NCBI GenBank assembly: GCA_017558555.1
Contig: JAFYUJ010000057.1
Coordinates: forward strand, 45,136-109,135
Reading direction: 5' to 3'
Source: Akkermansia sp.
GTDB taxonomy: Bacteria > Verrucomicrobiota > Verrucomicrobiia > Verrucomicrobiales > Akkermansiaceae
DNA: 64,000 bases
Shown here: piece by piece, positions 48,743 through 58,914 of the stretch
Numbering within the stretch: the first letter of the stretch is position 1
Layout: each line of letters begins with the position of its first letter
Notes under the pieces: generated by a model
What the model was told of the DNA's origin: nothing
Databases searched by the model: none
The model's input: only the letters and a program-made list of their open reading frames with translations
Program-made: the position numbers and the translations under genes

Positions 48743-50050
48743 TTACCAGGGCAACATGGCGCCACCCTGCAAGCGCGATTGCTCTGCCAGGAATACCATG
48801 CGGTGGCCGGTAATGCTGTCTTCCAATGTGGGGCAGCCGGGAGATGTACGCTCCCCGCGCATCAGGGCTACGAAATCCAGCACGATGCTGCGATCTCCTC
48901 CGCCATGGGCGTCTCCTTGCTGGAAGTCAGACATATCAAGCTTGCGCTCGGTATAACCGCCGGGAGCTGCCGGGTCTATCTGGCGCACGCGGAAGCTTTC
49001 GCTTTCAAAATCTCCCAATATCTCGCCTCGCGTACCGGTTACGTGTATGATGCGGCGCGGGGTGCTGGCGCCACCGTTCATCGTGAAAGTGCCGGTGGCT
49101 CCATCGCGGAATTGGATGAGCACGGATTGGTGGTCCACAATGCTGATATCGCAGCGGTGAACACAGCGACTGAAAGGATTATCGGGGCGGCGGAGAATTT
49201 CTTCCTTCTCCTCATCCGTCGTGGGGTTGCTGTGTGTATCATGCCACACGTTGTTCGCCCAGCGCATGGGATGCTCAATGTACAGCCTGCGGGCGGAGAA
49301 GGGGCAATCACGCTCCAGCCGGCAGTTATTCAGGCAGTGCGTGCCAGCATCCTCGGGGGCTTTTTCTTCTTTGAATTGGAAGACTCCGCCCACGCTTGAG
49401 ATGGATACCGGTACGTTATCGCCCATGAGCCAGGACATGATATCCAGGTCATGGCTGCATTTTGTAAGCAGCATGCCGGACCCGCATATTTCAGCCCGGG
49501 CATACTTGCCGCGCACAAAGGATACGGATTCATGCAGATATCCCACCTGGTTGGCCATGTGTATGTTAATGACTTCGCCGATGACTCCGTTGGCAATCAC
49601 GCGCCGCAGGGCGCGATAGAACGGCGTATAGCGCAGAACGTGGCACACCATCACTTTGCGTCCTGTTTCTCGCACACAGTCAATCAGCTTTTGACCCTCT
49701 TCATCATTGAGAGCGTAAGGCTTTTCCAACAACATGTCATAACCATGCCGGAGCAGGGGGATGGAGGTGCTCACATGCAGCCTGTCCATGGTACAGTTGA
49801 GAATGGCATCTGCCAGCTTAGGCTGAGCCAGAAGCTCCTCCACGGTTGAAAAACAACGATCATCCGCCAAGCCGAACATCACGCGCGCTTGCTCCACACG
49901 CTCCTGGTTCACATCGACTACACCTTCCACCTTCAACAATTCCGGATTGGTGAGCGCTACGGTGGAATAGATGGAAGCGCGGGCTCCCATCCCTACGATG
50001 ATAACACTCACCGGCTGCGGTGTGTCTGTTGCTGGTGTGTCAGCGCTCAT
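48743..50050 (-). CDS. Gfo/Idh/MocA family oxidoreductase
   Basis: IVGMGAR, LLEKP, CHVLRY, TKCSHDLD, HGGGD. Confidence 0.9.
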   Translation of the reverse strand: MSADTPATDTPQPVSVIIVGMGARASIYSTVALTNPELLKVEGVVDVNQERVEQARVMFGLADDRCFSTVEELLAQPKLADAILNCTMDRLHVSTSIPLLRHGYDMLLEKPYALNDEEGQKLIDCVRETGRKVMVCHVLRYTPFYRALRRVIANGVIGEVINIHMANQVGYLHESVSFVRGKYARAEICGSGMLLTKCSHDLDIMSWLMGDNVPVSISSVGGVFQFKEEKAPEDAGTHCLNNCRLERDCPFSARRLYIEHPMRWANNVWHDTHSNPTTDEEKEEILRRPDNPFSRCVHRCDISIVDHQSVLIQFRDGATGTFTMNGGASTPRRIIHVTGTRGEILGDFESESFRVRQIDPAAPGGYTERKLDMSDFQQGDAHGGGDRSIVLDFVALMRGERTSPGCPTLEDSITGHRMVFLAEQSRLQGGAMLPW

Positions 50051-50055
50051 GATGT

Positions 50056-50910
50056 TTATTTACCCCAACGCTGGGTGATGCCGCTGTAGGAATCGATGCG
50101 GCGGTCGCGGAAGAACGGCCAGATGCGGCGGTGGGCCTCCAGCGCAGCCAAGTCTATATCAGCGTAGAGAATACTGCGCTCATTTACCGGGGCTTTTGCT
50201 ACGATTTGACCGCAGTAATCTGCCACAAAGGACTGCCCCCAGAAGGTTGTTTCGCCTTCTGTGCCACAGCGGTTGACGGCGCATACATAGCAGCCGTTTG
50301 CCACAGCATGCCCGCGCTGTACGGTCTCCCATGCACAATGCTGGGCCGTGTACAACTCTTCTTCCCCGGGAATCCAGCCTATGGCTGTGGGGTAGAAGAT
50401 GATTTCTGCGCCTTCCATGGCGGTGAGACGAGCTGCTTCCGGGTACCATTGATCCCAGCAAATCAGGACACCAATGCGACCGAAACGCGTATCAAAGCAT
50501 TTGTAGCCCAAATCGCCCGGGGTGAAATAAAACTTTTCTTCGAATCCCGGGTCCTGGGGGATGTGCATCTTGCGATATTGCCCCAGGAACTTGCCATCGG
50601 CGTCAATCACCCAAGCTGTGTTGTGGTAGAGACCGGTGGCACGTTTTTCAAAACCGGCGGCTACGATGACCACGCCCAGTTCTTTGGCAAGCTCACAGAG
50701 CTCGTCTGTCCATGGCCCGGGAATAGGGTCGGCCGTGTCGAATAAATCGCAATCCTGCGTGCGGCAGAAATAGAGCGTAGTGCACATCTCTTGTGTGCAG
50801 ATAATCTGGGCTCCACCTGCGGCGGCTTCGCGGATAGCCTCCATTTGCAGACGTTTGTTTTCTGCGGGGGAAGCTACTGCTTCCTGTTGGATGAGTGCGA
50901 TTTTCGGCAT
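50056..50910 (-). CDS. aguB: Carbon-nitrogen hydrolase, N-carbamoylputrescine amidase-like
   Basis: TQE, YRKMHIP, EKFYFTPGDLG, ICWDQWYPEAAR, YPTAIGW, FFRDRR. Confidence 0.8.
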   Translation of the reverse strand: MPKIALIQQEAVASPAENKRLQMEAIREAAAGGAQIICTQEMCTTLYFCRTQDCDLFDTADPIPGPWTDELCELAKELGVVIVAAGFEKRATGLYHNTAWVIDADGKFLGQYRKMHIPQDPGFEEKFYFTPGDLGYKCFDTRFGRIGVLICWDQWYPEAARLTAMEGAEIIFYPTAIGWIPGEEELYTAQHCAWETVQRGHAVANGCYVCAVNRCGTEGETTFWGQSFVADYCGQIVAKAPVNERSILYADIDLAALEAHRRIWPFFRDRRIDSYSGITQRWGK

Positions 50911-51054
50911 GCCGCAGTTTAGCATATTTTGCGTGACTTGGCAAGGGCTCCCCCGCAAAATTGCGACATCATCTGCGTTAGGTTATACTCGGCGGTGTTG
51001 ATGGTGGGGCGGTGAACGCACAATGGCATGGCAAGCCTTTTCATGGATGTATGT

Positions 51055-51090
51055 AAAAAAGGACCGCAGTGTTTATACTGCGGCCCTTTT
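51055..51090 (-). terminator. Intrinsic terminator after the 3D-domain gene
   Basis: A6 run, then stem GGACCGCAGT/ACTGCGGCCC, then TTTT. Confidence 0.7.
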
Positions 51091-51109
51091 GAATCTTGGG
51101 AATAAAATC

Positions 51110-51727
51110 TTAGTTTTTAGCACTTTCGGCGTTGCGTGTCTGCTCCTGCAGCGCGGCCATCATGCGGGCGCAGTGACGGTAGCGCGTGCGCCCGGCAAGG
51201 TAATCCATGCTGCGCTTGGTGGAACCCCATTGAATGATTTGAATTTCCACCACACGGCGCCCCCACTTGCGCATAAGTGCTCGGGAGGGTTGGTAAATAT
51301 CAATGGTACCGGTGCCAACGAGAGCGCTGCCGTAGTCATCTACCTCGTAGATATAGGGCTCGCCCTTAATCTTGAAACGTGTGCCGAGGGGGTAGACAGA
51401 CCAGTCTGCAGCCGCACTGCGAACCTGCTCATTGTATTTCAGACGGGTACCCACTGCGTTGCGGGGACCGTAGGCAAGGTGGTCGCTTTCAGAGTGCGTG
51501 TAAGCGGTGGTGCGCACCACGCGATTAAGCTGTTTGGGATGATAGAACGGCATGCCGTGCTTGTCGCGTCCCATGTTGGGAAGATCAGGATCGGGTCGAG
51601 CGTCCGGAGACGGGGCTGCAGGCATGATGAAACCTTTGCTGACCGTCGGAGCTGCCTGTGAGTTCAGGCTCCCGATGGTAAGGAATGCTACGCTGGCCAG
51701 GATGCTGCGAAAAAGGGCTTTTGTCAT
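51110..51727 (-). CDS. Secreted 3D-domain protein
   Basis: Signal peptide; TTAY, AAADWSVYPLGT, VDDYG, IDIY...WGRR. Confidence 0.85.
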   Translation of the reverse strand: MTKALFRSILASVAFLTIGSLNSQAAPTVSKGFIMPAAPSPDARPDPDLPNMGRDKHGMPFYHPKQLNRVVRTTAYTHSESDHLAYGPRNAVGTRLKYNEQVRSAAADWSVYPLGTRFKIKGEPYIYEVDDYGSALVGTGTIDIYQPSRALMRKWGRRVVEIQIIQWGSTKRSMDYLAGRTRYRHCARMMAALQEQTRNAESAKN

Positions 51728-51861
51728 AGTCAGTGTATGGTGTTTGAGGGTAGATTTCAGGTGTAGAGATTACATGCTACCTGCTATAGGCGGGTAGTGC
51801 GTTGCGAGTTTATCATATCGGATGTCATCTGACAAGCATTTTTCCCGTAAGCAATAGTAAT

Positions 51862-51903
51862 AAAAAATTTGCAGTACTACATATGGTATGCAGTGCTGCA
51901 AAA
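51862..51903 (-). terminator. Hairpin, probably the terminator of the Sel1 gene
   Basis: TTTGCAGTACT..CATA/TATG..AGTGCTGCAAA stem flanked by A runs. Confidence 0.55.
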
Positions 51904-51964
51904 ATGTGCAATATTGTGTATAACGTATAAACAGTAGCTGCTGTTTTCTATTAAGAGAAGTGTA

Positions 51965-53503
51965 TTATGGGTGCGGTTCCCATTTTCCTTCGCTCATGAG
52001 TTTGTCGTAGAGTTGCTGCGCTTTATCCCCCATGTCGAGCGATGCCATGCGAACGTAGTTTTCTGCCAGCTGAGGATTGGCTTTCAGGTTGGTACCCCCC
52101 TTGGCCGTGATGTAAGCCAGGAAGACGTATGCCTCGGGCATTTTCCGGACGGCTGCATCGTTGAGATATTCTTCAGCCTTGGAGGCATCAGGTGAACCAT
52201 CGAATCCGGCGTATTCCGCGTGAGCAAGCAACACACAAGCGTGAGCATAGCCGGCATTGGCTGCCAGGTTGAGCAGGGACGTGCCACGCGTGGTGTCTTG
52301 TTTAACGCCCTCGCCCTTGAGCAGCAGGTAGCCTTCTGCCGCGGCTCCGGCAATGTTGCGGGCATTGCGGGCTGCTGCATAGTGACGGTATGCTTTTTCT
52401 GCATCCTTGGGCAGACCGAAGGTTCCATCGTAGTATGCATGTCCGAGCGCCATATTCGATTGAGAGTTGCCAATCATGGCCGCGAGGCGAACCAGGTGAA
52501 TACCGGTCTTTTCATCTTTGGCGATACCGGCTTCCTGAGTGAATTTGTTGTTGGGGTCGGGGTCTGCCAGGGCTGTACCCAGCACAAACATGGCGGCGGG
52601 GCTGTGTAATTTGACGGCTTCCTGCAGCAGGACGTAGCTATCCTTGGGTTTGATGCGGGAGGAAAGGGAGGAGAGTGTGAATAGTGCTTCTGCGTTGCCT
52701 TGCTCTGCAGCCTTGCGCAGCCATTCTACTTGTGTGGGGGAATCCGGTGCATAGGAACTCAAATAGTACATAATGTGGTGGTTACCACGATCGATTTCAG
52801 ATTTGACCTCAGGGCGATCCTTATCATCGAATTTGTTGAGACGACCGGTCAGTTGCAGCCATTTGAAGCGCGTTTCAAAGCTGCCCCCTTTGCAGGCTTG
52901 CAGAAGTTGGGCATTGGCAGCTGCTTCATTTTTAGTGGTACCAATGCCGTGGCGCAGGCAGATGCTGACATCAACCCCGGCAGGGTCGTATCCTTTGTCT
53001 GCCGCAGCTTTTGCCAGTCTGTATGCTTGGATGGTAGCGGGATCTTGCAGCTTGTCCCCCGGTACGTGGCTCAAAACACGGCCTGAAACATAGCTCTGCG
53101 CTGCAGCATAGCCTTCATTGGCTGCATGTTGCATCCATTCCAGCGCAGCCCACTCATCACCAGTGGTGTCCAGTACAATCTGAAGTGCCGGGCAGTAATC
53201 CAAACTGTCATTTTTAGCTTGCTCGTCCAATTTTTCGAGGAAAAGCTTGTATTTCTCTGCCATTTCTGGGGACAGTGGTTTTACATCGATTTTAGCGGGA
53301 GCCTCAGAAACAACTTTGTTTGCAGCAGGGGCGATTGTTTTTGTTGTTTTAGCCGTGGTAGATTTGGAAGAGGGTTTTCTGCCGGTGGTGCTGCGCTGCG
53401 TGCTTGTCTTGCGCCCGGATTTTTTTGCGGAAGCAGCCAGTGCTACGGGTGTCAGTACAAGCGCAGAGATGAGACCAAGTGCGATGGTGGGGAGCAGACG
53501 CAT
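51965..53503 (-). CDS. Secreted Sel1-repeat protein
   Basis: Signal peptide, K/S/T-rich linker, repeated WLRKAAEQGNAEA / GxGxxxD motifs. Confidence 0.88.
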   Translation of the reverse strand: MRLLPTIALGLISALVLTPVALAASAKKSGRKTSTQRSTTGRKPSSKSTTAKTTKTIAPAANKVVSEAPAKIDVKPLSPEMAEKYKLFLEKLDEQAKNDSLDYCPALQIVLDTTGDEWAALEWMQHAANEGYAAAQSYVSGRVLSHVPGDKLQDPATIQAYRLAKAAADKGYDPAGVDVSICLRHGIGTTKNEAAANAQLLQACKGGSFETRFKWLQLTGRLNKFDDKDRPEVKSEIDRGNHHIMYYLSSYAPDSPTQVEWLRKAAEQGNAEALFTLSSLSSRIKPKDSYVLLQEAVKLHSPAAMFVLGTALADPDPNNKFTQEAGIAKDEKTGIHLVRLAAMIGNSQSNMALGHAYYDGTFGLPKDAEKAYRHYAAARNARNIAGAAAEGYLLLKGEGVKQDTTRGTSLLNLAANAGYAHACVLLAHAEYAGFDGSPDASKAEEYLNDAAVRKMPEAYVFLAYITAKGGTNLKANPQLAENYVRMASLDMGDKAQQLYDKLMSEGKWEPHP

Positions 53504-53596
53504 GATAGGAACAGGGTGAGATATTCTCCTTATTCTACCTGTTCGGTCGCTTCTTTCAAGCGGTAATTTTGTCACAATGGCTCCGGTTGTCGAAAA

Positions 53597-54691
53597 TTAC
53601 ATGAAGCCCACCACAATTTCATCAGCCAGAAGTCGCCCTTTGCGGGTAAGCAAAAGCCCCTGTTCTTCCGAATAGGTAGCAAGACCTTCCAGACAGAGCG
53701 ATTCAATGTATGCTCTGTCTTCCGCACGAAGACTGGCTGCGGGCAGGGGGATGTCTGTGCGTAGCCAGAGCCCCAGAAGCTCGGTGCGTTTGTCCGCTTC
53801 GCTCAGATTTTCGCTTTCGTGGGGTGGTAGTTGACCATGGAGCAGGGATTGAATGTACGCTGGGGTGTTCTCCGCATTGGCATAGCGCGTGTGGCCGATG
53901 GTTGCACAGGCTCCGGGGCCCAGTCCATAGTAGTCTTTCCCTTGCCAGCAGGCCAGATTGTGCAGGGACAGACAGCCTTCCTTGGCATAGTTGGAAATTT
54001 CGTAATGGCGGAAGCCAGCGGAGGTGAGCAAGTCATCCGTCAGCAGAAACATGGCTGCATCCGTCTCTTCATCCACCATCTTATCACCATATTGCCGGTG
54101 AAAGGGTGTGCCTTCTTCGTAGGTGAGGTTGTAGGTAGAGATGTGGTTTGGCTCCAGTTCCAATGTGCGCTCCAAGGTGTCCTGCCATTGACCTGGCGTC
54201 TGCCCAGGCAGACTGAACATGAGGTCGATGTTCACTTGCGGCATGCCCACTTCGCGGAGAATGGTGACACTTTGTCGTACTTGTTCGGGGGTGTGCTCGC
54301 GTCCCAGCATGCGGAGTGTGTCTGAGCTCATGCTTTGTACCCCCAGGGAGATGCGTGTAATGCCCAGTCTCAGCCATTGTTCCACTTTTGCAGGGGTAAA
54401 CGTGGCAGGGTTTGCTTCAAAACTCCATTCTTGAAGCTTGGTGAGGTCGGCTACCTCGCGTAGATGGACAACCAGCGTTTCGAGGTGTGTGGGAGAGAGC
54501 ATGCTGGGAGTGCCGCCGCCAAAATAAAGGGTTGTGGGGGTGAATCCTTGCGGCAATCGCAGCTTGGCTTCCTCTCCCACCGCTCGCACAAATCCTCGCA
54601 TATCTGTATCGCTGGGCGTGTGTTTGAAAAACGCGCAATACGGGCAAATGCGGTGGCAAAATGGGATATGAATGTAAAGGTGTTGCGTCAT
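53597..54691 (-). CDS. hemW: Radical SAM heme chaperone (HemN-like)
   Basis: LYIHIPFCHRICPYCAF, YFGGGTPS, RISLGVQS, HYEISNYA, HNLACW. Confidence 0.88.
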   Translation of the reverse strand: MTQHLYIHIPFCHRICPYCAFFKHTPSDTDMRGFVRAVGEEAKLRLPQGFTPTTLYFGGGTPSMLSPTHLETLVVHLREVADLTKLQEWSFEANPATFTPAKVEQWLRLGITRISLGVQSMSSDTLRMLGREHTPEQVRQSVTILREVGMPQVNIDLMFSLPGQTPGQWQDTLERTLELEPNHISTYNLTYEEGTPFHRQYGDKMVDEETDAAMFLLTDDLLTSAGFRHYEISNYAKEGCLSLHNLACWQGKDYYGLGPGACATIGHTRYANAENTPAYIQSLLHGQLPPHESENLSEADKRTELLGLWLRTDIPLPAASLRAEDRAYIESLCLEGLATYSEEQGLLLTRKGRLLADEIVVGFM

Positions 54692-54706
54692 TGCCGTGAA
54701 AGCAAA

Positions 54707-54730
54707 GAGCCGGGGCTTGAACCCCGGCTC
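54707..54730 (-). terminator. Hairpin after nagB
   Basis: Stem GAGCCGGGG/CCCCGGCTC with adjacent GAAAGCAAA on the plus strand. Confidence 0.6.
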
Positions 54731-54776
54731 GTGTCTTGTTTGTGTGGGGTAGCTAATCGCTGCCCTTGGTGAAGAT

Positions 54777-55520
54777 TTACAGCTCAGCAGCGGCCGGAGC
54801 GTCAAGGAAGTATTTGGCGTCGGCGTGGTTCTGCAGGTAGGAAGCGGCCACATCGATGGTCACGGGACCCTGGATAGCCTTCTTCACGATGGAAGCCTTC
54901 TTGTCGCCCCAAGCCATCAGACGCACCTTTTTGGCGCCCATGATGGTGGCCACACCCATGGTGATAGCGGTGTTGGGCACGTTCTCGAAACCACCGAAAG
55001 CGGGAGCAGCATCGGTCTTGGTGAGGTCATCGAGGTGTACCTGGCGGGTGATGGTGGTGTCGTCAGAGCCGGGTTCGTTGAAGCCGATGTGACCGGTGCG
55101 GCCAATGCCGAGAATCTGCAGGTCCAGACCACCGCAGGCCTTAATCTTGTCTTCGTAAGCCTGGCAGTGAGCGGGGATTTCCTCGGGAGCGAGAGTGCCG
55201 CAGGGCAGGTTGATGTTTTCGGCCGGGATGTCGATGTGGTTGAAGAGGTTGGTGTGCATGAAGTACCAGTAGGATTCCACGTGCTCGTGGGGCAGACCGG
55301 TGTATTCATCCAGGTTGAACGTGGTCACATTCTTGAAGGACAGACCCTCTTCCTTGTGAAGACGAATCAACTCAGCGTAGAAAGGCAGGGGGGTAGCACC
55401 CGTGGCCAGACCAAGCACAACGCCTTTGCCCTCGGCTGCACGGCTGCGGATGAGCTCTGCAACTTCTGCGGCCAACTTCTTGGCTGCAGCTTCCTTCGTT
55501 TCGAAAACTTCGTATGTCAT
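54777..55520 (-). CDS. nagB: Glucosamine-6-phosphate deaminase
   Basis: LGLATGATP, TFNLDEY, LGIGRTGHIGFNEPGS, AITMGV. Confidence 0.97.
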   Translation of the reverse strand: MTYEVFETKEAAAKKLAAEVAELIRSRAAEGKGVVLGLATGATPLPFYAELIRLHKEEGLSFKNVTTFNLDEYTGLPHEHVESYWYFMHTNLFNHIDIPAENINLPCGTLAPEEIPAHCQAYEDKIKACGGLDLQILGIGRTGHIGFNEPGSDDTTITRQVHLDDLTKTDAAPAFGGFENVPNTAITMGVATIMGAKKVRLMAWGDKKASIVKKAIQGPVTIDVAASYLQNHADAKYFLDAPAAAEL

Positions 55521-55643
55521 AGCGCCTTTATTCTATACATTCCACCCCTGATTTCAACCCTAAAATGTACTCTTTATCTAAAAAAGATGCCAAATCATCA
55601 GTTTTCTGTTGCATTGGCTCCAAAATCAAGGTAGAATTCAAAT

Positions 55644-56813
55644 ATGTCCGCAAAACGCTTTATTCTGAACGAGACGAGTTACCACGGCGCTGGCGCCGTG
55701 CGTGAGATTGTGACCGAGGTGAAGAACCGTGGCTTCCAGAAGGCCTTGATTGTGACCGATGCCGACTTGGTGCGCTTTGGCGTGGTGGCAAAGGTGACAA
55801 CTCTGCTGGACGAAGCCGGTTGCGCCTATGAGATTTATGACCAGGTAAAGGCAAACCCCAGCGTAGCTGTGGTGGAAGCCGGTGTGGCTGCATTCAAGGC
55901 TGCTGGTGCAGATTACATGATTGCCATCGGTGGCGGTTCTCCCCAGGACACGGCCAAGGCCATTGGCATCATAATTAACAACCCCGAGTTCTCTGATGTG
56001 GTGTCACTGGAAGGTTTGGCTCCCACCAAGAACAAGGCTGTGCCTATGATTGCTGTGGCTACGACTGCCGGTACGGCTGCTGAAACCACCATCAACTACG
56101 TGATTACGGATGAAGCCAAGCGTCGCAAGTTTGTGTGTGTGGACCCCCACGATATTCCCGTGGTGGCTGTGGTTGACCCCGAAATGATGTCCTCCATGCC
56201 CAAGGGGCTTACCGCTGCTACCGGTATGGATGCCCTGACTCACGCCATCGAAGGTTACACTACACTGGCTGCCTGGGAGTTGGCCGATACACTCAACATC
56301 AAGGCAGTAGAGCTTATTGCAAAGAACCTGCGCGGTGCTGTGGAAAATGACCCTGCCGGTCGCGAAGGTATGGCCCTTGGTCAGTACATGACCGGCATGG
56401 CTTTCTCCAATGTGGGCCTTGGTGTGGTACACGGCATGGCTCACCCCCTCAGCGCTTTCTACAACACCCCCCACGGTGTGGCCAATGCTGTGCTGCTTCC
56501 CTATGTGATGGAGTACAACGCTGAGTACACCGGCGAGAAGTTCCGTGAAATTGCCCGCGCCATGGGTGTGCAGGGTGTGGATGCCATGTCTGAGGAGGAG
56601 TACCGCAAGGCTGCCATTCAGGCTGTGTGCCAGCTCTCGGCAGATGTCAACATCCCCCAGACGCTTGCTGAAATTGGCGTAAAGGAAGAAGACCTGGAAG
56701 CCCTGACCGATGCCGCTATGGCCGACGTTTGCACCGGTGGCAATCCGCGTCCCTGCGTGCGTGAGGAAATCCTGGCTGTATACCGCACTGCTTACACCGG
56801 CTGGGCCAAATAA
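55644..56813 (+). CDS. fucO: Lactaldehyde reductase (Fe-dependent alcohol dehydrogenase)
   Basis: RFILNETSYHG, GGGSPQDTAK, TTAGTAAE, GMDALTHAIEGY, HGMAHPL, DVCTGGNPR. Confidence 0.93.
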   Translation: MSAKRFILNETSYHGAGAVREIVTEVKNRGFQKALIVTDADLVRFGVVAKVTTLLDEAGCAYEIYDQVKANPSVAVVEAGVAAFKAAGADYMIAIGGGSPQDTAKAIGIIINNPEFSDVVSLEGLAPTKNKAVPMIAVATTAGTAAETTINYVITDEAKRRKFVCVDPHDIPVVAVVDPEMMSSMPKGLTAATGMDALTHAIEGYTTLAAWELADTLNIKAVELIAKNLRGAVENDPAGREGMALGQYMTGMAFSNVGLGVVHGMAHPLSAFYNTPHGVANAVLLPYVMEYNAEYTGEKFREIARAMGVQGVDAMSEEEYRKAAIQAVCQLSADVNIPQTLAEIGVKEEDLEALTDAAMADVCTGGNPRPCVREEILAVYRTAYTGWAK

Positions 56814-56837
56814 TCCAGCATTGAGATAAAATGATGC

Positions 56838-56876
56838 CTGCCGCACCGGCTTCCTGCTGAGTGCGGCAGTTTTTTT
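56838..56876 (+). terminator. Intrinsic terminator after fucO
   Basis: Stem CTGCCGCAC/GTGCGGCAG followed by T7. Confidence 0.8.
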
Positions 56877-56922
56877 GCTATTAAACTTGACGCAACAGGC
56901 TATTGCAGGTATACCCATAGGC

Positions 56923-57414
56923 ATGAAACGCACCGCAGTATATGCAGGCAGCTTTGACCCGCCCACCAATGGCCACCTTTGGATGATTCAGCAGGGAGCC
57001 GCACTCTTTGATGAATTGGTGGTGGCACTGGCGGTAAACCCGGATAAACCTGGTTTTTTCAGCAGGGAGGAGCGCTTGGCTGTATTGCGCGAGATGGTAG
57101 GAGACATCCCCGGCAATGTGCGGGTTGAGGCTGTGAATCATGGCTTTCTGGTGGATTTTGCCAGGGAATTGGGTGCCAATTACCTGCTGCGGGGAATACG
57201 CAATACCATCGACTTAGAATATGAGAAGCCCATGGCCCGCATGAACGCCCGCATGGAACCATCAATTCAGTCTGTGTTTCTCATGCCTCCCGGCGAGCTG
57301 GAGCACGTCTCGTCTTCTTATGTTCGAGGGTTCGTCGGGGTGACAGGCTGGGAAAGGTGGGTGGAAGCATGCGTCCCCCCATGTGTGTATCGCCTCATTG
57401 CTTCTCGTGCTTGA
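56923..57414 (+). CDS. coaD: Phosphopantetheine adenylyltransferase
   Basis: YAGSFDPPTNGH, LLRGIR, VSSSYVR. Confidence 0.95.
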   Translation: MKRTAVYAGSFDPPTNGHLWMIQQGAALFDELVVALAVNPDKPGFFSREERLAVLREMVGDIPGNVRVEAVNHGFLVDFARELGANYLLRGIRNTIDLEYEKPMARMNARMEPSIQSVFLMPPGELEHVSSSYVRGFVGVTGWERWVEACVPPCVYRLIASRA

Positions 57415-57425
57415 GCGTAAGGAGC

Positions 57426-58102
57426 TTAAATTTCGTACGTTCCCGGTGCCGGCTCTCTGTATTGCTCTGTGTGCAACCAGCCGGGGAGTAGGAGCTTCCA
57501 GAAATCATAGTGCGGGCTCGTGGCATCTTTCTTCATACGTTCAGGTGTCATGCGGAAGGGGTATACCTGTACAGGTACGCAGGATTGCCCGGCTTTAAAC
57601 GCCTCGTTCACCATGGTGTAGATTTCTTCAATGCCGGCATCAGTCATCGCAAAGCAGCCGATGGAGACATCGCTTCCGTGTATCATGATGTAGGAACCCG
57701 TGCGCCCCAGAGAGACATCGAACGCATTGGGATAGCCGATGTTGAAAGACAGGTGATACTTGCTGCGCGGATTGAGTCCTCGTGGTGTAGCTTCGTAAAA
57801 TCCTTCCGGCGCCTGACAATCTCCTTCTGCGGTTTTGGGTCCCAGTTCGCCGCTCATGCCGGCAATCTCGTATGTTTTGAGGATGCTCCATTGCTCATTG
57901 TCCCGGGTCCACAATTCCAGTTCCCAATCCTCTTTAATGATGCGGATAAACACAGGCCGACCAAAGTATGCCCCCAGCTCCGGAGCCACATGTTTACGGG
58001 CTTGTACTACCCTATCCGGCTCGGTAGGCTGCTGTGGTGCGGCTTGCGTATTCATTGCCTGGAGTATGTCCAAAGGCATCAATAAGCGCAGGATTTTTTC
58101 AT
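57426..58102 (-). CDS. YkuD/YafK(DpaA)-like L,D-transpeptidase-family protein; apparent frameshift just after the natural start
   Basis: IRIIKE, GPKTAEGDCQAPEGFY, YHLSFNIGYPNAFD, IMIHG..VSIGCFAM. ATG 58102 is out of frame by one base in an A6 run; the next in-frame ATG is 58079. Confidence 0.85.
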
Positions 58103-58797
58103 GCTTCGGCTGTCTCTTTTTCTTGCGATTTGTTGAGCGGTTTCTCAATCAATCGGCGAGGAATAAGAGCCTCAAACATAGCCAGGAAGAACGTGTAAAG
58201 GAACATGAACAACGCCGGTAGAATGGCTGTACACCAGCGCACTGTTTTGAACTGTGACAGCAAATCCGGAAAGAATGGCTCTTGCATGTTCTCCCATAAG
58301 TAGGCAATGCCCTGGCATGCATAGGCAAGCAAAAGTGAAATGATGAAATTAAGACAACAGGCAACAGTAATGCTGCGAAAGGCATTGGTGCATAACCCTC
58401 CAAGAATCCACAACAGGGGAATGAGGAAGATGGAAACCGGGTAATCTGTAGGTACACTCAGTAGCGATTCTGCCCCGGGAATGGCCCAGATGGCAGAGGG
58501 AAGGATGATGCTTCCGGCATCACTCAGGAGGATAATTTCCAGAATCCACAATGTGGTTGCGCAGCAATATAAGATATTCCACACCAGGGTCATACCGCGT
58601 ACGCATGCTACCACCAGCATGATGATGGCTGCCATCAGAAAATACGGATTGCTCAGTACTTCCGGAAAGCGCTCTGCCACGCTGTCTAAATAGGCGGCCA
58701 GACGAATCCCCTGTGCCCCCATGGTGTACAGCACCACCAAATAAATGATGGGCAGGAGGCATAGATATTTCAGCAGATGTCGCGGAAGCCAATTCAT
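58099..58797 (-). CDS. Multi-pass membrane protein, unknown function
   Basis: About six hydrophobic segments; start 58797 lies 7 nt after TTGACA-18-TAGAAT. Confidence 0.75.
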   Translation of the reverse strand: MNWLPRHLLKYLCLLPIIYLVVLYTMGAQGIRLAAYLDSVAERFPEVLSNPYFLMAAIIMLVVACVRGMTLVWNILYCCATTLWILEIILLSDAGSIILPSAIWAIPGAESLLSVPTDYPVSIFLIPLLWILGGLCTNAFRSITVACCLNFIISLLLAYACQGIAYLWENMQEPFFPDLLSQFKTVRWCTAILPALFMFLYTFFLAMFEALIPRRLIEKPLNKSQEKETAEA

Positions 58798-58914
58798 GCC
58801 TGCCATTCTAGAGCGTGAAGCCCCTGCCTGTCAAGGTTAAAACCTGTCGCGCATGTTCCCAACCTAGGGGTATTCCGAGTCAACTTGGAATTGTCGGCAG
58901 TCTGCCAGTAGTGA

